From Candidatus Deferrimicrobiaceae bacterium (GTDB lineage: Bacteria; Desulfobacterota; Deferrimicrobia; Deferrimicrobiales; Deferrimicrobiaceae): a DNA stretch of 64,000 nucleotides. The notes beneath the pieces are model-generated. The model ran no database searches, was not told where the DNA came from, and was given only the letters and a program-made list of their open reading frames with translations. Positions 56,010-64,000 of this stretch are shown here, one piece after another (the first letter of the stretch is position 1; every line of letters starts with the position of its first letter). The stretch spans positions 64,001-128,000 of the forward strand of contig CAWBVY010000004.1 of assembly GCA_963792415.1 (NCBI GenBank). The letters run 5' to 3'. The translations under genes were made by a program, and so were the position numbers.

Positions 56010-57288
56010 CGCGGCGCCCGCGAGCGCCGAAGGCACCATGACCTTCCGGGAGGTGGCTCGGGAAACGATCCGGTTCGTCCTGAGCGAATTCAAACCGAAA
56101 GGGAAGATGCTGACGCCGTTCAACGTCATCACCGGGGGGATCATCCTCTCCGGCCTCGTGATGATCGCCATCCGGTTCGCCTACGGCCTGGGCGCCGTCT
56201 CCAACCTCTCCCAGAACTACCCGTGGGGGATCTGGATCGGCTTCGACGTGGTCACCGGCGTGGCCTTCGCCGGAGGCGCCTACGTCCTGACCTTCGTCGT
56301 CCACATCCTGAAGGTGAAGAAGTACGAGCCGATCGTCCGCGTGACCGTCCTCAACGGATTCCTCGCCTACGTCTTCTACGCCGGCGCGCTCCTGCTCGAC
56401 CTGGGGCGCCCCTGGAACGTCATCAACCCCATCATCGGGAACTCCTTCGGGTTGAGCTCCGTCCTCTTCCTGGTCGCCTGGCACTTCCTCCTCTACATGA
56501 TCTGCGAGTTCCTGGAGTTCTCCCCGGTCGTCGCGCAGTGGCTGAACTGGCCGAGGGCGCGCAGGATCCTGGAAGGGCTCACCACCGGCGCCGTCATCTT
56601 CGGGATCACCCTCTCGACGCTCCACCAGTCGGGCCTGGGGGCGCTCTTCCTCCTGGCCCCCTCGAAGATCCACCCGTTGTGGTACTCGGGGAACATCCCG
56701 GTGATGTTCTTCGTCTCCAGCGTCTTCGCGGGCCTTTCCATGGTCATGATCGAGAGCTTCTTCACGCAGAAGGCCTTCAAGGACCGGATCGGGCACGAGC
56801 TCCACGCGGCCCACGACAGCATCCTCCTCGGGCTGGGGAAGGGAGCCGTCGGCGCCCTCTTCGCCTACATCTTCCTCAAGCTCGTCGACTTCGTGCACTA
56901 CAAGCAGTGGGTCTACCTCGACACCCCGATGGGGTACTGGTACCTGTTCGAGATCGTCGGGTTCGTCCTCCTGCCGACCGCCCTCTTCCTCCAGGCGATC
57001 CGGCAGCGCAACCCGAAGCTCGTCCAGTTCACCGCGTTCCTCACGGCGATCGGGGTGATCCTGAACCGGCTCAACGTCTCCGTCATCGCGTTCAAGTGGT
57101 ACGAGGCCGTCCGGTACTACCCCTCCTTCATGGAGATCTGGGTGACGCTGGCGATCATCAGCATGGAACTCTGGGTCTTCCGGTGGGTGATCAACCGGAT
57201 GCCCGTGTTCGGAGAGGCGCATGAGGTGGTGGAGGAAAAAACCGCGGAAGACCTGGAGGTGGTCACATGGAAGGCACCAGCTTTATAG
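55993..57288 (+). CDS. NrfD/PsrC-family membrane protein (HybB/HmcC-like)
   Basis: YPWGIWIGFDV, DLGRPW, STLHQSGLG and KIHPLWYS motifs. Confidence 0.9.
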   Translation: MANRTDAAPASAEGTMTFREVARETIRFVLSEFKPKGKMLTPFNVITGGIILSGLVMIAIRFAYGLGAVSNLSQNYPWGIWIGFDVVTGVAFAGGAYVLTFVVHILKVKKYEPIVRVTVLNGFLAYVFYAGALLLDLGRPWNVINPIIGNSFGLSSVLFLVAWHFLLYMICEFLEFSPVVAQWLNWPRARRILEGLTTGAVIFGITLSTLHQSGLGALFLLAPSKIHPLWYSGNIPVMFFVSSVFAGLSMVMIESFFTQKAFKDRIGHELHAAHDSILLGLGKGAVGALFAYIFLKLVDFVHYKQWVYLDTPMGYWYLFEIVGFVLLPTALFLQAIRQRNPKLVQFTAFLTAIGVILNRLNVSVIAFKWYEAVRYYPSFMEIWVTLAIISMELWVFRWVINRMPVFGEAHEVVEEKTAEDLEVVTWKAPAL

Positions 57289-57959
57289 ACATCTACGCCA
57301 CGAAGGGGATCGAGTACCTGATCGTCATCTCGTTCCTCGCGGCCTTCGTGCTCTTCTGCCGCTACATGTACCAGCCGCGCGAGGGGCAGGCGCGCGCGAG
57401 GATCGCCCCGGAGAGCGAGACCCGGTTCCGGATCCCCGAGGGGCTCTTCTACCACCAGGGGCACGGCTGGCTCCGGCCGGAGCCGGGCTCCATCGGCGTC
57501 GTCGGGCTGGACGACTTCGCCCGGAAGCTCGTCGGGAAGGTGGACGCCGTCGAGCTGCCCGCCGTGGGGTCCCGGCTGGCGCAGGGGGAGAAGGGGTGGA
57601 GCCTCGTGGTCGATTCCGACCGGATCCCGATGCTGTCGCCTGTGGCCGGCGAGGTGGTCGAGGTGAACGACGAGGTTCTCCGGTCCCCCGAGGTCCTGCG
57701 CCAGGACCCGTACGGCAAGGGGTGGCTGCTGAAGGTGAAATCTTCCAGGGTGGCGTCGAACACCCGGAACCTTCTCTCGGGAAAGCTGGCCAGGGCCTGG
57801 ATGGAAAACGCGCTCGACAATCTCCACCCGCTCCACGGCGAAACCATCGGCCCGGTCCTCCAGGACGGCGGTCTCCCCGTGGAGGGGATCGCGCGGATAC
57901 TGGGCGGCCCCGAATGGGTGGAGCTGGCGAAGACGCACCTGCTGACGGACGGGGAGTAA
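57267..57959 (+). CDS. GcvH-like protein 3 with N-terminal TM (possibly HmcD-like) and no lipoyl Lys
   Basis: ATKGIEYLIVISF TM; HGWL, VGLDDF, SPVAG and DPYGKGW. Confidence 0.8.
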   Translation: MEGTSFIDIYATKGIEYLIVISFLAAFVLFCRYMYQPREGQARARIAPESETRFRIPEGLFYHQGHGWLRPEPGSIGVVGLDDFARKLVGKVDAVELPAVGSRLAQGEKGWSLVVDSDRIPMLSPVAGEVVEVNDEVLRSPEVLRQDPYGKGWLLKVKSSRVASNTRNLLSGKLARAWMENALDNLHPLHGETIGPVLQDGGLPVEGIARILGGPEWVELAKTHLLTDGE

Positions 57960-57967
57960 CGCGGACC

Positions 57968-58008
57968 CGGGGGACGCCCGCCGCGCATTGCGCGGCGGGC
58001 GTCCCCCG
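57968..58008 (+). terminator. Near-perfect 20-bp inverted repeat closing the operon
   Basis: cgggggacgcccgccgcgca-t-tgcgcggcgggcgtcccccg followed by cttt. Confidence 0.7.
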
Positions 58009-58111
58009 CTTTCCAAATCCGCCCTCCCGCCCTCCTGCCCGCGTCACGGATCACGCAGACCGCATGCCGGAGCATCGAACGTCCGCGCGAGGACGGGGAC
58101 CCCGCTCCGCT

Positions 58112-58140
58112 TTGACAGCCCGGCCACGGGCCGCTACTTT
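58112..58140 (+). promoter_or_regulatory. Sigma70-type promoter for the glycosyltransferase
   Basis: TTGACA-N17-TACTTT. Confidence 0.6.
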
Positions 58141-58204
58141 ATGAAAGGAGGCGCATCCCGCCTGGTATCGCCTCTGATGACCGCAGACCACGCCGGAGGG
58201 GGAA

Positions 58205-59470
58205 ATGGCCTGGTGGCTTCTCCTGGCGGTCGGGTGGACCGTCGCCGCCGTCTGGGCGGGTTCCGCGGTCCTCACGATCCGCTTTCTCCGCGGGAACAGG
58301 CTCGCGGAAAGGGCCGGGGCGACGGCGGATCCGGCGGTTTGGCCCAAGGTCTCGGTGGTGGTTCCCGCGCGGGACGAGGCGGACCGGATCGAAGAGGCCC
58401 TGGGGTCGCTGGCGAACCTCGACTATCCGGCTTTCGAGGTGATCGCCGTGGACGACCGGTCGACGGACGGAACGGGTGCCATCATCGACCGCGTGGCGTC
58501 CGGGGATCCCCGGGTGCGGGCCCTGCACGTAGCCGAACTGCCCGAGGGGTGGCTGGGAAAGTGCCACGCGATGCAGGCGGGGGCGCGGCTGGCCGGAGGG
58601 GAGCTGCTCCTCTTCACCGACGGCGACGTCGTCTTCGCCCCGGACACCCTCCGTCTCGCGGTCCGCTTCCTCCTCGCGCGGAAACTCGACCATCTGGCCC
58701 TCCTGCCCGGCCTCGTCCGCGGCGGATACTGGGAGGACGCCGCGAAGAGCTACTTCGCGATGCTCTTCATCGTGGGGGTCAGGGCCTGGGCGGCCGGTTC
58801 GGCGTCGAAGGGCGCCTACGTCGGCATCGGGGCCTTCAACCTGCTCCGGCGGGCGGCGTACGAGGCGATCGGCGGTCACGAGGCCCTCCGCCTGGAAGTC
58901 ACCGACGACCTGATGCTCGGGAAGAGGGTCAAGCAGGCCGGGTTCCGGCAGGACGCCCTCACCGCCTCCGACCACCTGCGTCTCCGCTGGCAGAAGGGCG
59001 TCGGGGGATTCGTCCGGGGGCTCGAGAAGAACGGATTCGCCGCGCTCGGGTTTTCGCTCCCCTTTCTCCTCCTCGTCACGGCCCTCGTTTTCCTCTTTTA
59101 CGCGGTCCCCTACCTCGGGGTTCTCTCCCTCCGTGACGCCCGCGTCTCCGGGTACGCCCTTTCCGTACTCCTGATGCACGGGCTCTTCGGGTACTGCGCA
59201 TCGTTCGAGCGGAACGGGTGGCTCCTCGCCCCTGCACTCCCGGTCGCCGCCTTCCTCTACCTCTTCGCCATCTGGCGCTCGGCGGTCGTCACCCTCCGCC
59301 GCGGAGGCGTCCGGTGGAGGGAGACCTTCTACCCTCTCGAGCTCCTGAAGCGCGGACGGGGGCCGCTGAACCACTTCATGTACGCGTATACGGAAGCGGA
59401 AGGGAAACCGCTCAGCGAGGACCTGTACGGGTATAACCCGGGCTGCAAAATCACGTTCCGGGAATTTTGA
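58205..59470 (+). CDS. Family 2 glycosyltransferase (HpnB/CrtQ-like, membrane-associated)
   Basis: VPARDE, DDRSTDGT, GWLGK, FTDGD and TDD motifs. Confidence 0.85.
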   Translation: MAWWLLLAVGWTVAAVWAGSAVLTIRFLRGNRLAERAGATADPAVWPKVSVVVPARDEADRIEEALGSLANLDYPAFEVIAVDDRSTDGTGAIIDRVASGDPRVRALHVAELPEGWLGKCHAMQAGARLAGGELLLFTDGDVVFAPDTLRLAVRFLLARKLDHLALLPGLVRGGYWEDAAKSYFAMLFIVGVRAWAAGSASKGAYVGIGAFNLLRRAAYEAIGGHEALRLEVTDDLMLGKRVKQAGFRQDALTASDHLRLRWQKGVGGFVRGLEKNGFAALGFSLPFLLLVTALVFLFYAVPYLGVLSLRDARVSGYALSVLLMHGLFGYCASFERNGWLLAPALPVAAFLYLFAIWRSAVVTLRRGGVRWRETFYPLELLKRGRGPLNHFMYAYTEAEGKPLSEDLYGYNPGCKITFREF

Positions 59471-59480
59471 CCGCCCCGAA

Positions 59481-59514
59481 AAATCCGGGCACCCCTCGGG
59501 GAGTGCCCGGATTT
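59481..59514. terminator. Hairpin between convergent glycosyltransferase and katG
   Basis: aaatccgggcac...gtgcccggattt followed by a T-rich tract. Confidence 0.65.
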
Positions 59515-59649
59515 CATTCCTTGTTTTGCATTTTTCGCCCGTTTCGCCAATGCCGCCCGGACGGGGGTGCGCCGTCCGCTGGGACCGGCTGTTCGCTGAC
59601 CGTTTCTCTGCCGCCCTGTCAGAAGACCGCGAAGACGTTTCCGCTTCGA

Positions 59650-62404
<2,755 letters not shown>

Positions 62405-62411
62405 GGTTACT

Positions 62412-62440
62412 ATTTAAGAATATATCCTATCTGATGTCAA
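62412..62440 (-). promoter_or_regulatory. perR-katG promoter with overlapping palindromic operator
   Basis: Minus-strand TTGACA-N17-TTAAAT; imperfect palindrome AGGATA/TATTCT in the spacer. Confidence 0.55.
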
Positions 62441-62581
62441 CCGTTTTTCCCAATCCTCCGGGGCAGGCCGTTGCAGACAGAAAGGAAATAATCCGGACAC
62501 CCGAAAAAGAATGCCCGGAACGGTATTGCTGTCTCCCCACCCGGGTGTCCCGTTCACGGCGGATTCCACCGCGGATCCCCC

Positions 62582-63725
62582 TCAATCAAGGGTCCTCCGA
62601 TAGAACTTCACCGCGATCGTCATGACGACGACGGTGAAAACCATCAGGGGCCACAGGTTCGGCCAGAGATCCCACCAGCCGTTTCCCTTGAGGAAGATGC
62701 CGCGGGTCAGCCGGTTGAAATAGGTCAGTGGCAGCAGGTTGCCGATGAACCGCGCCCAGGCCGGCATTCCCTGAAACGGGAACATGAACCCGGAAAGCAG
62801 GATGTTCGGCAGGAAGTAGAAAAAGGTCATCTGCATCGCCTGCAGCTGGTTCTTCGCCAGGGAGGACAGGGTGATCCCCACCGTCAGGTTGGCGGCCACG
62901 AAGAGCAGCGCGGCCACGTACAACATCACGACGCTCCCCGCGAAGGGAACCCGGAAGACAAGGCGGGCCGCCAGGATGATGATCGTTGCCTGGACCAGGC
63001 CGATGGCGACGTAGGGGATGATCTTGCCGGTCATCACTTCGAACGGTTTCACCGGCATGGCAGAGCAGGTTTTCCATCGTGCCGCGCTCGAGCTCCCGGG
63101 TGATGGCCAGCCCGGTCATCAGGACCATCGTCATGGTGAGGATGACGCCCATGAGGCCGGGGATGATGTTGTACTGGGTGATCCCTTCGGGGTTGTACAG
63201 GCGATGGACGCGGACTTCGAATGGCGCCTGCCCTCCCGCGAGGTAGGCGATGGGACCGGTCAGATCCTTGGCCGCGACGACCCGGGCGAGCTGGTCGACC
63301 GCCGCCAGAGCCATCCCGGTCGCCATCGGGTCCGTGGCGTCCGCCTCGACCAGCAGGGCGGGGCGTTCGCCGCGCAGCACCCCGCGGGTGAACCCGGCGG
63401 GAATGTTCAGGACGAACTGCACATCGCCGCGCGCCAGCGCCGCCCGGCCCGCCTCCTCGTCCGGCAGCTCGCCGACGATGTCGAAGTATCCGGAAGTCTT
63501 CATCGCGGCGAGAATCGTTCGGGTCATTTCGCTGTGATCCGCGGCGATGATCGCCGTGGGCATCTGCTTGGGGTCTGTGTTGATGGCGTACCCGAACAGC
63601 GCCAGCTGTACGATGGGTATGCCGACGATCATGGCGAAGGTGAGGCGGTCCCGCCGGAGCTGGCGAAATTCCTTGAGGACGATGCTCCACCACCTCGAAA
63701 GGGAAAGCCCGTCGAGACGACTCAT
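62582..63725 (-). CDS. ABC-2 type permease (YbhR/YbhS-like), frameshifted near 63062
   Basis: N-terminal part ends RELERGTMENLL and continues in another frame as (A)MPVKPFEVMTGK; one extra base in CTC-T-GCC-ATG. Confidence 0.85.
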
Positions 63726-64000
63726 GTCCCGGGCCCGGATCCGGCGGCGGACGTTTTCATCTTGTAGATGAAGACGTCCTCGAGGCCCGTGTTCACCTTT
63801 TCCATGCGGAAGACAGTGCCGGCCGCCGCCGCGCGGAGGGTCCGTTCCAGCAGATCCGCGTCCCTCCCGCTCGCGTGGAGCATCTCCGCGAAAAGGACGG
63901 TCTGCTCCACCCCGGGCAGCTTCTGCAGCCTGTCGGAAAGGCCCGGGAGGTCCTCGCCGTAGACCGCCCACGTGGCCAACCCCTGGGCCGCGATCACCTC
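63722..64000 (-). CDS. ABC transporter ATP-binding protein, C-terminal fragment
   Basis: TGLEDVFI C-terminal motif; overlaps the permease start. Confidence 0.7.
   Translation of the reverse strand, partial: EVIAAQGLATWAVYGEDLPGLSDRLQKLPGVEQTVLFAEMLHASGRDADLLERTLRAAAAGTVFRMEKVNTGLEDVFIYKMKTSAAGSGPGT

Noticed and set aside
55092-57288. Hydrogenase-2 or formate dehydrogenase operon
   Set aside because: No NiFe large or small subunit, maturase or molybdopterin subunit is in the operon or window.
53663-57959. Glycine cleavage system or sHdr/LbpA sulfur oxidation system
   Set aside because: No gcvP/T/L, hdr or lipoylation genes are present, and the lipoyl-Lys motif is absent or displaced.
58141-58200. 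Fluoride riboswitch (ctgatgac motif) before the glycosyltransferase
   Set aside because: It lacks the 5' GGxGATGG element and the gene context does not fit; only a simple hairpin is supportable.

Overview
High-GC bacterial chromosomal window, probably from a deltaproteobacteria-like (Desulfobacterota-type) organism; this is inferred from gene content only. Most of it is central C/N metabolism and stress genes: tkt (partial), mgtC, mntP, acnA, gdhA, a polar amino-acid ABC transporter with a duplicated binding protein, glycerate kinase, lutABC, photolyase, phosphoketolase, pgm, gltBD, katG and a perR-like regulator. The best candidate for an undescribed system is at about 45.1-58.0 kb. A heme-c-motif sensor kinase, an archaemetzincin and a sigma54 activator precede a sigma54-promoter operon. 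That operon encodes a 26-aa membrane peptide, a TAT-exported HybA/HmcB-like Fe-S protein, an NrfD/HmcC-like membrane protein and three GcvH-fold paralogs lacking the canonical lipoyl-lysine motif, with no catalytic subunit. Other observations: (i) two gene cassettes flanked by 60-72 bp imperfect direct repeats that duplicate host gene 3' ends, with no integrase; (ii) a 242-bp MITE-like element with a TAA target duplication, fragments of which recur elsewhere, including a 4x60-bp tandem array; (iii) a catalytically degenerate Fic-wHTH protein and a PEP-synthase-like ATP-grasp protein next to gdhA; (iv) apparent ATC start codons and several apparently leaderless genes; (v) two single-base frameshifts. 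No rRNA, tRNA or CRISPR was seen. Identity counts were made by hand and family assignments come from motif recognition, not database searches.
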